From Propioniciclava sp. (GTDB taxonomy: Bacteria; Actinomycetota; Actinomycetes; Propionibacteriales; Propionibacteriaceae), in NCBI RefSeq assembly GCF_035435805.1, contig NZ_DAOMVC010000001.1: a stretch of DNA of 64,000 nt; one strand, 5' to 3'. The translations under genes and the position numbers were made by a program. This document shows positions 1-12,361 of the stretch, one piece after another. The notes under the pieces are model-generated. The model saw only the letters and a program-made list of their open reading frames with translations, was not told the DNA's origin and made no database searches. Numbering within the stretch: position 1 is the stretch's first letter; each line of letters starts with the position of its first letter.

Positions 1-1
1 G

Positions 2-1042
2 GAGCCCATCCTGGCCGACCCCACGGTCAGCGAGATCATGATCAACGGCCACCAGACGATCTACGTCGAGCGGGCCGGCGTGCTGGAGCGTTGGCCGGGC
101 GCCTTCAGCAGCGAAGAGCAGCTCATGCAGACGATCGACCGCATCGTCTCCACGGTGAACCGGCGCGTGGACGAGTCCAGCCCGATGGCGGACGCGAGAC
201 TCCCTGCCGACGCGCGCATGCCGCGCGGCGCCCGCGTCAACGTGGTGTTGCCGCCGCTCGCGCTGGACGGTCCCAGCGTCACCATCCGGCTGTTCCCCCA
301 GGACATCTCCTTGGCGCGGCTCATCGAATGGGGCAGCATCACCGAACAGCTCGCAAGCCTGCTGCGCGCCTGCGTGGAGTCCCGATTCAACATCGTGGTC
401 TCGGGCGGCACCGGTTCGGGCAAGACGACGATGCTGAACGCCCTGTCCTCCTTCATCGGTGCCGGCGAACGGATCGTGACGATCGAGGACGCCGCCGAGC
501 TGAGCCTGGCTCAACCGCACACGGTGCGCCTGGAGACCCGGCCGCCCAACGCGGAGGGACGAGGGCAGGTGACGATCCGCGACCTGGTGCGCAACTCGCT
601 GCGCATGCGCCCGGACCGGATCGTCGTCGGTGAGTGTCGCGGCGGGGAGGCGCTGGACATGCTGCAGGCGATGAACACGGGGCATGAGGGATCCCTCACG
701 ACCGTGCACGCCAATAGCGCGGAGGACGCCTTGAGCCGGCTGGAGACGCTGGCGACCATGTCGGACGTCCAGATCCCGTTCCAGGCGGTACGCGATCAGG
801 TCAACTCGGCGGTCGATCTCATCGTCCAGCTTGGGCGCGGGGCGGACGGGGCCAGGCGGGTGTCCGAGGTGGCCTATGTCGCCTCGCGGCGGCACGAGGC
901 CTTCCGGCTGGAGTCGGTCGCGAGCTGGCGGGGCGCGCACCGAGGCGGGGGACGCGGCGAGTTCGTGCACCATCCACTGCCCAGCGACCTCGATCGGCGG
1001 TTGGCGGAGTCGCATCCCGAACACCTCAGTTGGGTGGTGTGA
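2..1042 (+). CDS. tadA: Tad/Flp pilus assembly ATPase CpaF/TadA (5'-truncated by window edge)
   Basis: Frame open from position 2 ([16 protein letters not shown]); Walker [48 protein letters not shown]. Confidence 0.95.
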   Translation, partial: EPILADPTVSEIMINGHQTIYVERAGVLERWPGAFSSEEQLMQTIDRIVSTVNRRVDESSPMADARLPADARMPRGARVNVVLPPLALDGPSVTIRLFPQDISLARLIEWGSITEQLASLLRACVESRFNIVVSGGTGSGKTTMLNALSSFIGAGERIVTIEDAAELSLAQPHTVRLETRPPNAEGRGQVTIRDLVRNSLRMRPDRIVVGECRGGEALDMLQAMNTGHEGSLTTVHANSAEDALSRLETLATMSDVQIPFQAVRDQVNSAVDLIVQLGRGADGARRVSEVAYVASRRHEAFRLESVASWRGAHRGGGRGEFVHHPLPSDLDRRLAESHPEHLSWVV

Positions 1043-1043
1043 G

Positions 1044-1973
1044 GTGAACCTGCACGCCTTGATCCCGCTGGCCGCGGGCGCCGCCGTCCTGCTGTTGCTC
1101 GTGGGCGTGCGGGAGCTCCTCGCCCTGGCCAACGACCGCCGCCGGTTCATCGCGGGCGCAGAGATGGAGAGCGGGAGCGGGCAGGCGGCCTCGACGATCA
1201 GGGCCTGGGACAACAGGTTTCGCCGTACCCGGCTGGGGCGCTGGTTCGCCCGCGAACTCGATCTGGCGGGCATGGCCTTGTCCCCGCTCGTGGTGGCCGT
1301 CGCGACACTGGCCGCGGGCATCGCCGCGACGTGGGTGATCTGGCACTTCCTCTCCCCGATCCTCGCGGTGCTGGGCCTGGTGCTGGCCTTCTTCCTGATG
1401 CGGGCCTACCTGCAGCAGGCGCAACAGCGCAGGCAGGAAGCGATCGTCGCCCAGATGCCCGAGCTGGCCCGCGTGCTCGCCAACGCGTCCTATGCCGGTC
1501 TGTCGCTGCCGACCGCGCTCGGGGTCGCCAGCCGTGAGCTGGCAGAACCGGTGCGCACGGAACTGGTCCGGATCACCGACCGGCTCCGGTTCGGAGCATC
1601 CGTGGAGGCCGCCCTGCAGGAGTTCCGTGAGCGGGTCCGCTCACGCGAGACGGGCGTGCTGATCTCGACGCTGGTCGTCTCCACGCGCAGCGGCGGGTCC
1701 CTGGTCACCGCCCTGCGCGGCATCGCCGACAGCCTGGAGCAGCGCAAGGAGACGCGCAGGCAGATCCAGACCACGCTGAGCGCCCCGATGGTCACCGCGA
1801 ACGCGATCTTGATCATCGGGGTCGGCCTGCTGTTTCTGCTCAACGCCATTCAGCCGGGCACCGTCGACGCCATGACCCGCTCCCCCTTGGGGATCGCGGC
1901 GCTCATCGCCTCCGGCGTGCTGTTCGGCGGGGGATACGTCGCCATCAGGGCGATCGCGCGGGTGGAGCCATGA
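1044..1973 (+). CDS. tadB: Tad pilus membrane platform protein TadB (T2SSF domain)
   Basis: GTG 1 nt after tadA stop; TM segments; QMPELARVLANASYAGLSL, RSGGSLVTALRGIADSLEQR. Confidence 0.85.
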   Translation: MNLHALIPLAAGAAVLLLLVGVRELLALANDRRRFIAGAEMESGSGQAASTIRAWDNRFRRTRLGRWFARELDLAGMALSPLVVAVATLAAGIAATWVIWHFLSPILAVLGLVLAFFLMRAYLQQAQQRRQEAIVAQMPELARVLANASYAGLSLPTALGVASRELAEPVRTELVRITDRLRFGASVEAALQEFRERVRSRETGVLISTLVVSTRSGGSLVTALRGIADSLEQRKETRRQIQTTLSAPMVTANAILIIGVGLLFLLNAIQPGTVDAMTRSPLGIAALIASGVLFGGGYVAIRAIARVEP

Positions 1974-2881
1974 TCAACCTCCTCGTGGGCGCGATCCCCG
2001 GTATCGTCGCAGCGCTGGCCGTCTGGCTGGCCGCCGTCGGGATCCGGGCGTGGCGGTACGACCCGGTGCAGGATGTGCATCCCGAAGAACTGATGGACGC
2101 CTCCGTTCTGGGTGCCTCCCAGGAGAAGACCAAGGCGAGTGTGCTGTCCCGGCTGGGGGCGCGGTTCGTGCCCCTGATCAAGGGCTCGTTGCCGGCGTCC
2201 ATTCCCCGACGGCTGCAGCGCCAGATCGACCTGGCCGGGCGCCCGCCCGGGATGACGGTCGACGGTGTGATGGCGCAGCAGGTGGGCCTGCTGATCGTGG
2301 CGATCCCCGTGAGCTTCCTCTACATCCGATCCGGGTTCGTCTTGTGGGTCATCCCGTTGGTGGGGCTGGCGGTCATGTGGCCGATGATCCGGCTCACCAC
2401 GCTGGCGCGCCGGCGCCGCGAGCGTATCGACCGGGACTTGCCCGATTTCCTCGACGTGCTCGCCGTCACGGTCAGCGCAGGGACAGGCTTCCGGGCGGCT
2501 CTGGCGACGGTCGCTCGCAGGTTCGGCGGACCGTTGGGAGAGGAGGTGACGACGTCGCTGCGGCAGATCGAGAACGGCGCCAGCCTCAGGTCAGCCTTCA
2601 AGAACCTCCGCGAGAGGTCCGGCTCGGAGGCGATGAACGAGTTCGTCACCGCCTATCTCCAAGCCGAGGAACTCGGCGCGCCCCTGGTGGACTCCCTCAA
2701 CCAGATCGCGCTCGACATGCGGCGGGCCGCCGCCCAGCGCGCCCTGCAGCGAGCGGTCCGGGTGACCCCGCGCATCACGCTCATCACCACCATGGCGATG
2801 GTCCCGGCGACCTTGATCCTGGTGGTCGTGGGTCTGATCCTGGGCACCGGAGTCGATTTCGGGGCGATTCTCGGTGACTAA
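1970..2881 (+). CDS. tadC: Tad pilus membrane platform protein TadC (T2SSF domain)
   Basis: ATGA overlap with tadB; LPDFLDVLAVTVSAG, LQAEELGAPLVDSL. Confidence 0.88.
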   Translation: MINLLVGAIPGIVAALAVWLAAVGIRAWRYDPVQDVHPEELMDASVLGASQEKTKASVLSRLGARFVPLIKGSLPASIPRRLQRQIDLAGRPPGMTVDGVMAQQVGLLIVAIPVSFLYIRSGFVLWVIPLVGLAVMWPMIRLTTLARRRRERIDRDLPDFLDVLAVTVSAGTGFRAALATVARRFGGPLGEEVTTSLRQIENGASLRSAFKNLRERSGSEAMNEFVTAYLQAEELGAPLVDSLNQIALDMRRAAAQRALQRAVRVTPRITLITTMAMVPATLILVVVGLILGTGVDFGAILGD

Positions 2882-4025
2882 GGGGCCAACAGAGGGGGTC
2901 TCCCTGCAGGTGACCCGGGTGGCGCTGGTGGTGCGATTGGTGTCGCTGCTGCTGGTGGTCCTCACGTTGTCCACCATCTCCCCGGCCGCGCTCGTGGGGC
3001 AGATCCTGATCGGCGTGGCCGCGTGGTGGCTGCTGGTGTCCCGGCGCGGGGAGGACCTCGTCTCCCGGCACCCGTGGCTCGTCTTCCTGGACACCCTGCT
3101 GCTGACCGTGGTCACCGTCCTGTCGGGGGGCGACAGCCCGTTCGTCTTGACGTTCATGACGTCCGCGCTGCTCGTCGGCCTGTGGGCCTCGGCGTGGGTG
3201 GGCTTCAGCACGGTCGCCGTCTTGGTGCTGCTGCACCAGGTGTTCTGGGCGACGACGACGTCGAGCGTCGCCGGGCTGGCGGTGCCCTTCGGCTTCGTCG
3301 TCTTGTGGTGGCTCGGTTTCGCGATCTCGGAGGCGGCCCGTTCCGAGGAACGGGCCCGCGATGCCCTCCAGCGCGCGGTCGCGGTCGCCGCTGCGGGGGA
3401 GGAACGCACGCGCTTGGCGCGGGACATGCACGACACCGTCGCCAAGTCGTTGCAGGCGGTCCACCTGTCTGCAGCGGCGCTGCCCATCATGATCGAACGG
3501 GACCCCGCCGGAGCCGTCGAGTGCGCCGGTGAGATCCGTGAACTCAGCGCCCAGGCCATCGAGGACGTCCGGGCCCTGATGACCCATCTGCGCCGGGAAC
3601 CGGAGGGAGACTCCCTACCCGAGATGCTCATCCAGCTGTGCCTGCGATGGGAGGCGGCCACGGGCATATCGCTGGTGAGCGAGGTAGACGAGACCACCGA
3701 GGTGACCGACGTCCTGGTGCGCTACGAGATCCTCATGGCCATGGGGGAAGCCCTGGAGAACGTGCGGCGCCACGCGCGGGCCTCGCTGGTTCGGGTCGCC
3801 TTGAAGGGGACCGAGGATTGGGTGGTCGTGTCGGTGGTCGACGACGGCGTCGGCATCGACGGCGACCGGCTTCGGGAGGCCGAGGAGGGCGGCCATTACG
3901 GGCGCCGGGGGATGGCGGAGCGGATGGCGAAGGTAGGCGGACGGGCCGAGTTCAGAAGCACGCCCGGGTGGGGGACCACGGTGCAACTCGTGGCCCCGCG
4001 TCATGGGCTTATCGAGGTCGAGTGA
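2874..4025 (+). CDS. Membrane sensor histidine kinase (HisKA_3/NarX-like)
   Basis: About 5 N-terminal TM helices; H-box ERTRLARDMHDTVAKSL; ENVRRHA, DDGVG, GHYGRRGMAER. Confidence 0.92.
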   Translation: MTKGPTEGVSLQVTRVALVVRLVSLLLVVLTLSTISPAALVGQILIGVAAWWLLVSRRGEDLVSRHPWLVFLDTLLLTVVTVLSGGDSPFVLTFMTSALLVGLWASAWVGFSTVAVLVLLHQVFWATTTSSVAGLAVPFGFVVLWWLGFAISEAARSEERARDALQRAVAVAAAGEERTRLARDMHDTVAKSLQAVHLSAAALPIMIERDPAGAVECAGEIRELSAQAIEDVRALMTHLRREPEGDSLPEMLIQLCLRWEAATGISLVSEVDETTEVTDVLVRYEILMAMGEALENVRRHARASLVRVALKGTEDWVVVSVVDDGVGIDGDRLREAEEGGHYGRRGMAERMAKVGGRAEFRSTPGWGTTVQLVAPRHGLIEVE

Positions 4026-4035
4026 GGAGAACGTT

Positions 4036-4680
4036 GTGAGCGACATGATCAAGGCACTCATCGTGGACGACAGCGCCGTGGTGCGACGCGGCGTCCGCAC
4101 ACTGCTGGAGTTGGACGGCTGTATCGAGGTGGTCGGCGAGGCCGGCGACGGGGAGGAGGGGCTGCAGTTGGCGCGTGAGACTGAACCTGACATCGTCCTG
4201 CTGGATGTCCGCATGCCTCGGCGGGACGGGCTGTCGATCGTGGCGGACCTGGCTCGTGGTTCCCGGGTGCTGATGTTGACCTTCTCGGACGAGTCCCACG
4301 TGGTGCGCGAGGCGATGGCCGCTGGAGCCACCGGGTATCTCGTCCACGGCACATTCGACGCCGACTCGTTGGCGGCCACGGTGCGCAGCGCCGCCGCGGG
4401 CATGGCGGCACTGAGCGGTCCGGCCTTGGTGGCCATGATGGGCAGCGGCACCCCGACGGCGCCGACCGCTCACGAGCGGGGCCCCAAATGGGGGTTGAGC
4501 ATGCGTCAATCAGAGGTGATGGACCTGATCTCACAGGGCCGGTCCAACCGCGAGATCGCGCGGGAGCTGTTCCTCACGGAGAAGACCGTCAAGAACCACA
4601 TCAACCAGATCTTCACGAAGTTGGACGCCACCAATCGGGGGCAGGCCATCGCTGCCTGGCTGGGGACTGCCCCGCAATGA
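4036..4680 (+). CDS. NarL/LuxR-family response regulator
   Basis: RBS GAGGAG then GTG 4036; IVDD, LLDVRMP receiver; LSMRQSEVMDLISQGRSNREIARELFLTEKTVKNH HTH. Confidence 0.93.
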   Translation: MSDMIKALIVDDSAVVRRGVRTLLELDGCIEVVGEAGDGEEGLQLARETEPDIVLLDVRMPRRDGLSIVADLARGSRVLMLTFSDESHVVREAMAAGATGYLVHGTFDADSLAATVRSAAAGMAALSGPALVAMMGSGTPTAPTAHERGPKWGLSMRQSEVMDLISQGRSNREIARELFLTEKTVKNHINQIFTKLDATNRGQAIAAWLGTAPQ

Positions 4681-4695
4681 GGCCCGGGTCTGGGG

Positions 4696-4751
4696 TTGGG
4701 CCCGGACTGGGCCCCACGGCCCTACGGATCCCGTAGCCCGACCCGTAGGTT
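4696..4751 (+). promoter_or_regulatory. Putative activator site (4696-4723) plus -10 box TAGGTT (4746-4751) of the pilin promoter
   Basis: TTGGGCCCggaCTGGGcCCCAcGGCCCT matches 10474-10501 at 23/28 nt; both followed by a TAnnnT box after 22-23 nt. Confidence 0.65.
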
Positions 4752-4803
4752 TTTGGTTATCAACACACGGGCAACCGGCCCGCAAGACTTGAAGGAGACT
4801 CAC

Positions 4804-5031
4804 ATGTCGAACCTCATGCTCGCTTCCGCGGTCAAGGCGGAGCTCGTCCTCAACGCAGTGCGCAGCACTCTGGTCACCCGCCGTGAGCGCGGCGCCGACG
4901 CCCTGGAATACGTCGGCATGGTCGTGCTGGCAGCCCTCATCGTCGTCGGCATCGTCGGCGCGGTGAACATCGACAGCCTGTCTAACGCGGTGGAGTCCGC
5001 CGTGGGCAAGATCACCGGGGGCAATAGCTAA
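4804..5031 (+). CDS. flp: Flp (type IVc) major pilin
   Basis: RBS GAAGGAGA; 75 aa; prepilin motif RRERG|ADALEY followed by hydrophobic helix VGMVVLAALIVVGIV. Confidence 0.88.
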   Translation: MSNLMLASAVKAELVLNAVRSTLVTRRERGADALEYVGMVVLAALIVVGIVGAVNIDSLSNAVESAVGKITGGNS

Positions 5032-5037
5032 ACCTCC

Positions 5038-5080
5038 CGGGGAGGGATGAGGCCACGCTGGGCTCATCCCTCCCGGTCTT
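5038..5080 (+). terminator. Stem-loop downstream of pilin
   Basis: GGGAGGGATGAG (5040-5051) pairs with CTCATCCCTCCC (5063-5074); weak T tail. Confidence 0.65.
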
Positions 5081-5111
5081 GCTAGTGGTCTCGAAAGGGG
5101 AGTGCTCAGCC

Positions 5112-5753
5112 ATGGTGGTCCACGGGCGAAGGAGTGAGGCAGGCGCGGCGACGACGGCGATCGTCATCGCCGTCAGCGTGCTGCTGCTGGGAGTCGCGTT
5201 CTTCTACACCCAACGCGTGGCCAAGGCGGAAGACCAGGGCGGCACTCTCCAGGTGGGCGCGGACGCCGCGGCACTGGCTGGCGCCTATCAGACCATCGAT
5301 GACTCGCCGGACTGGTTGTCCGGCCTCGTCAACGGTGGCGCCCTGCCGGCCGGGGGGGCCGGGCAGGGCGCCGCCGGCGACTTCGCCACCCGCAACGGCG
5401 GCTCCCTGGTCGGGTACCACTATTCGGCCTCCCAGGACCGCATCGAGGTCCAGGTGAGGAGCAAGGCCGTGCTGGAGTCGGGATCACGGGAAGTCGCGGT
5501 CGCCACCGCCAGCATCGGCAAACGGCTCGCCGCCTGCGTCCTTCCCCAAGCTCCCGTCGCCACCCCCACTCCGACCGCCACCGCGACCCCCAGCCCCACT
5601 GCGACGCCGACCAAGGCCCCCAGCTTCTCCGGGGTGGCGACGTGTGGCGAGCTGACGGTGCCCGTGAAGGTCGATCCGAACACCCGCAAGGTGACGATCA
5701 CGATCTCTGCTTCGGAGATCAAGGCTCTGTTCACGGCCTCGTTGAGCGCCTGA
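5112..5753 (+). CDS. TadG-like pilus assembly protein / minor pilin
   Basis: RRSEAG|AATT leader, TM helix, LQVGADAAALAGA Tad motif, Pro/Thr linker flanked by Cys. Confidence 0.72.
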   Translation: MVVHGRRSEAGAATTAIVIAVSVLLLGVAFFYTQRVAKAEDQGGTLQVGADAAALAGAYQTIDDSPDWLSGLVNGGALPAGGAGQGAAGDFATRNGGSLVGYHYSASQDRIEVQVRSKAVLESGSREVAVATASIGKRLAACVLPQAPVATPTPTATATPSPTATPTKAPSFSGVATCGELTVPVKVDPNTRKVTITISASEIKALFTASLSA

Positions 5754-5820
5754 GAGCAGGTCGGCCGAAATCCCGCGTGTGTAGGGTGATGGTCGACTCC
5801 GCCGACCCCGAAGGAGCAGC

Positions 5821-7362
5821 GTGTCCCACCGGTTTCCAACCCTGATAGCCCTCGTCATCGCGGCGCTCGGGCTGGCGGCGTGTACGGCGACCACCTCCCC
5901 GACCACCGGTCCGGATGGGCCTGGCACCTCGGCTCCGGTGTCGGCGAGCGCAGCCGCGTCCGCGTTGGTGCGGGCTGGTGCGCAGGAACCCGTCCCGGTG
6001 GCGAGCGCCCCGATCGAGGTCGGTCAACTGGCCGGGGGGACCTTCCATGTGTTCTCGGTGAGAAGTACGGAGTCCGCAACCCGGCTCGAGTACGTCGTGA
6101 CCCACCCCACCTTGACGCTCTCCGGCTATCCCGAGCAGGTGTACGGGCCGAACCGGCGAGACAACCTTCCGGTGCTGTCGGTCGGCGGCGTCGACTACGA
6201 GGTGGCCGAACACAGCGTCTTGACCGGAACCTGGGGTAGGCCTGTTGCCGGCCTCATCTCGACGGTCGTCCCGGACCCTCACTCGACCTTCGCGGTCTAC
6301 GCGCCGCTGCCGGCCGGTGTCTCGGAGGTGGAGGTCTCCACCCCGTTGATCGCCTCGCCCCTGAGGGTGACGGTGGACCGGGGGGCCGCTGCGGTTCCGG
6401 CCGGATCGGCGGATGTGCCGATCCTGGGCCGCGCCGTCTTCGGAGACAAGAACGATCGCGAGCACGACCAGAGCCTGATCCTGACCGTCCACGGCGTGCG
6501 ACGCGTGGAGAATGCCACGGTCGTCTACTACTCGGCCGTCTTCCCCGAGGGCGTGGCACCGGTCCGGTTCTCCAGTTGGGGTGGGGAAGGCGGCTCGTTG
6601 AGCAACGCCTCCAGCTATCTGGGCTTCCTGACCTCGACGGTCGAGGTGATCGACTGGCCCTCGATGCGGGGTCTGCAGTTGTTGGGCGGGGGCGGTCCTC
6701 ACCTCAAGGAGTCGTGCGACCGGTTCGCCTTCACCCAGGGCGAGAACCCGAACGCGCTGGTGTGCTGGGGCGTGCTTCCCCCGCTAGAGGCGTCGACCAC
6801 GTCGGTGGACGTGATCGTGGCCAACCAGTTGATCCAGGATGTGCCGGTGAGCGAGGGGCTCATGACTCCCACGTCGGATCAGCAGATCCCGGAGTTGGGG
6901 ACGGGCTGGCCCGTCATCCCTGCCGAGTCGTTAGCGGAGGCGACCCCCGACAACATCGCCAGCAACACGGTCGACCTGCGCTTCGTGATGAAGGAGGGGG
7001 CGATCACCACCTCGGGGGACCAACTCGACCTGGACGCCACCGTGCTGTTCGACTACAACCAGGCGACCCTGACTGCGAATGCCCAGCAGGTGCTGGCCAC
7101 TGCAGCCGAGAAAGTGAAGGCGACCGGACGTGTGGGCGTGGTGACCGTGACGGGGCACACCGACTCTGACGGTTCGGATGCGGCCAACCAGGACCTGTCC
7201 AGCCGCCGGGCCCAGGCAGTCGCCGATGCGCTGGGACCCCTGCTCGGCGCTGGCTACTCGTTCGCCGTCGAGGGCAAGGGCGAGCGTGAGCCGGTCGCCT
7301 CGAACGACACCGACGCCGGCAAGGCGGCCAACCGGCGGGTGACGATCCTTCCCCCGGCGTGA
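5821..7362 (+). CDS. Lipoprotein with C-terminal OmpA-like peptidoglycan-binding domain
   Basis: Lipobox LAAC; VLFDYNQATL, VTGHTDSDG, NQDLSSRRAQAV, ANRRVTI. Confidence 0.88.
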   Translation: MSHRFPTLIALVIAALGLAACTATTSPTTGPDGPGTSAPVSASAAASALVRAGAQEPVPVASAPIEVGQLAGGTFHVFSVRSTESATRLEYVVTHPTLTLSGYPEQVYGPNRRDNLPVLSVGGVDYEVAEHSVLTGTWGRPVAGLISTVVPDPHSTFAVYAPLPAGVSEVEVSTPLIASPLRVTVDRGAAAVPAGSADVPILGRAVFGDKNDREHDQSLILTVHGVRRVENATVVYYSAVFPEGVAPVRFSSWGGEGGSLSNASSYLGFLTSTVEVIDWPSMRGLQLLGGGGPHLKESCDRFAFTQGENPNALVCWGVLPPLEASTTSVDVIVANQLIQDVPVSEGLMTPTSDQQIPELGTGWPVIPAESLAEATPDNIASNTVDLRFVMKEGAITTSGDQLDLDATVLFDYNQATLTANAQQVLATAAEKVKATGRVGVVTVTGHTDSDGSDAANQDLSSRRAQAVADALGPLLGAGYSFAVEGKGEREPVASNDTDAGKAANRRVTILPPA

Positions 7363-7432
7363 GTGGCCGGTTCGTCACGGCGGGGTCGAAAAAGCGGGCG
7401 CTTTCGCCTGCTCAGTGTGCTTGCATGGAGGC

Positions 7433-10411
<2,979 letters not shown>

Positions 10412-10473
10412 GCGGGTTCCTGTGGCGACGTCCTCACGGGCCCACCGAGAAGCCTGACCGCGTGCTGCGTTCG

Positions 10474-10530
10474 TTGGGCCCCCGCTGGGGCCCAGGGCCC
10501 TCGTGGGTGCCCGCGGCCGGCGGATAGCGT
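10474..10530 (+). promoter_or_regulatory. Second copy of the pilin-promoter motif (10474-10501) plus -10 box TAGCGT (10525-10530)
   Basis: TTGGGCCCccgCTGGGgCCCAgGGCCCT, 23/28 identical to 4696-4723. Confidence 0.65.
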
Positions 10531-10573
10531 CTGGCCAAACGCTGGAAGTGACCGCTGCGCCGGAGGTGAGGGG

Positions 10574-11656
10574 ATGCGCGAACGGGGAGCCTCGGGGCTG
10601 TCCTACGTGGCAGTTGCGGTGATCGCCGCCCTCCTCGTGTCTGGCGTGGCTCTCGCCCTCACGCCCGCCTCGGTGAGCGCGAGCCTCGGCTCCGCCGTGT
10701 GTCAGATCCTGCAACTGCCCGGCTGCGCCGACGCCGGGGGCACGCCCGACGATCACGAGCAGACGCCGTACGAGCGAGCCACCGCCGGGTCGGCCTGGTT
10801 CGGGGGGGATTCGTTCGCCTCGGGGGAAGGCATCTTCTCCTACGATCCCGCTACGGACACCACGACCAAGACGGCCCCCAACGAGTGCCACCGATCCGGC
10901 AGCTCCTATCAGGCACAGGTCTTCGCGCTGGCGCGACAACGAGGTGCCTTCGCCTCTCAGGACTACGCCTCGGAGGCCTGTTCCGGGGCGATCGTGTCGG
11001 ATCTCTACTCCGACAACCACCTCGACAACGCGGGGGAGGGGCCGCAGATGTACGCCTCCCCGCAGCCGGCCGATGCGTCGGCTCCGTTCGACAACGTCCC
11101 CGAGGACGCCTCGCTGATCACCCTGTCTCTGGGCGGCAATGATGTGGGGTTCGCGGACGTCGTGAAGGCGTGCATTACGGAAGGACTCGCGGGGTCGGGC
11201 TGCGAAGACACCGACGCGCTCCGATCTCGGTTTCAGAGCGTGTACGGAACCCGCGATCAGCCGGGCACTCTGGAGCAGCAGTTGGCGAAGCTCAGAGCCG
11301 AACACCCGGATGCGCGCATCATCCTCGTCGGGTATCCGGAGATGTTTGCCGAGCAGAGGGATCTGAAGAAGGGGTTCTTCACCACCATGAGCCTCGAGGA
11401 GCAGCGCTGGGCGAATGAGATGGCGCGGGAACTGAACACGGCGGGTTCGGACATGGCGGAGCGCCTGGGCGTCGAATGGGTGGATCCGACCTCGGCCTAC
11501 GTCGGTGAGGGATACGACCACCGGGCAGGCTCCAGCGATCCTTGGATCAACGACCTGGTCGGTTGGGGCGACTCCGAGTCGTTCCATCCCAACCAAGGCG
11601 GACACGATGCGACCGCCGGACTGGTGTGGGAGCAGATCCTCACCGGGGGACGCTGA
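10574..11656 (+). CDS. SGNH/GDSL hydrolase (Streptomyces esterase/lipase type) with Flp-prepilin-like N-terminus
   Basis: MRERG|ASGLSYVAVAVIAALLVSGV...AVCQILQLPGC; blocks GDSFASGEG, CHRS, ACSGA, LSLGGNDVGF, ESFHPNQGGH. Confidence 0.85.
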   Translation: MRERGASGLSYVAVAVIAALLVSGVALALTPASVSASLGSAVCQILQLPGCADAGGTPDDHEQTPYERATAGSAWFGGDSFASGEGIFSYDPATDTTTKTAPNECHRSGSSYQAQVFALARQRGAFASQDYASEACSGAIVSDLYSDNHLDNAGEGPQMYASPQPADASAPFDNVPEDASLITLSLGGNDVGFADVVKACITEGLAGSGCEDTDALRSRFQSVYGTRDQPGTLEQQLAKLRAEHPDARIILVGYPEMFAEQRDLKKGFFTTMSLEEQRWANEMARELNTAGSDMAERLGVEWVDPTSAYVGEGYDHRAGSSDPWINDLVGWGDSESFHPNQGGHDATAGLVWEQILTGGR

Positions 11657-11709
11657 TGGGGGTCGCCCACCCAGGCCGGTGCTGGGGCTGGGGTGCCAGA
11701 CTGGCCACC

Positions 11710-12336
11710 ATGACATACCGGTCCCGTCGCAGAGGCGCCCCGCGGGCTGCGCTGGCGGGCCTGGTCCTGGTGTTGGCCCTGGGGTGCACACAGCCCTCAC
11801 CGGACCCGCCCACCGCAAGTCCTGCCGTGTCGGGCGACCGCGTCCAAGAGTTGATGCTCACGGTGGCGGAGATGCCCGGGGGTACCTGGGAGGCCGGGGG
11901 GCCGGTGAGCAGCGACGGTTTCGGGCAGACGATCTGCGGGGTGAACACGGAGCCGGTCACCCCTGAGGCAGTAAAACTGTCACGCCGGACCCGGCCAGAC
12001 GGGGTGGAGGTCAGCCAGACGGTTCGGTCGATCGGCCCCGACGCCGCTCGGCAGGTCCTCGACGCCTTGGCTCGGGCGATCCCCGACTGCGCCCGAGACA
12101 CCCGAACCGTGAACGGACAAACCATCACGTATGAGGTGGAACCGCTGGCATCGGCGTCCCCCGGTGTCGTCGCCTTCACACAGACATCGGTTGGCGGGGC
12201 GTTCGTGGGGCTGAGCGGCGCCCAGGCCTACTTCGTGCGCGACGGCTACCTGGTGGCGTTCTCGGAGATCGGCGCCGACCCGGCCGAGGCCGCCGACCTG
12301 CTGCATGGGCTGGTGGCGGCCGTGGAGGCGAAGTAG
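11710..12336 (+). CDS. Lipoprotein of unknown function, PknH-like extracellular domain suspected
   Basis: Arg-rich n-region, lipobox LALGC, LMLTVAEMPGGTW, Cys pair (QTICG, IPDCA). Confidence 0.65.
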   Translation: MTYRSRRRGAPRAALAGLVLVLALGCTQPSPDPPTASPAVSGDRVQELMLTVAEMPGGTWEAGGPVSSDGFGQTICGVNTEPVTPEAVKLSRRTRPDGVEVSQTVRSIGPDAARQVLDALARAIPDCARDTRTVNGQTITYEVEPLASASPGVVAFTQTSVGGAFVGLSGAQAYFVRDGYLVAFSEIGADPAEAADLLHGLVAAVEAK

Positions 12337-12361
12337 CCGACGTTGCGATGCCCGCCGGGCG

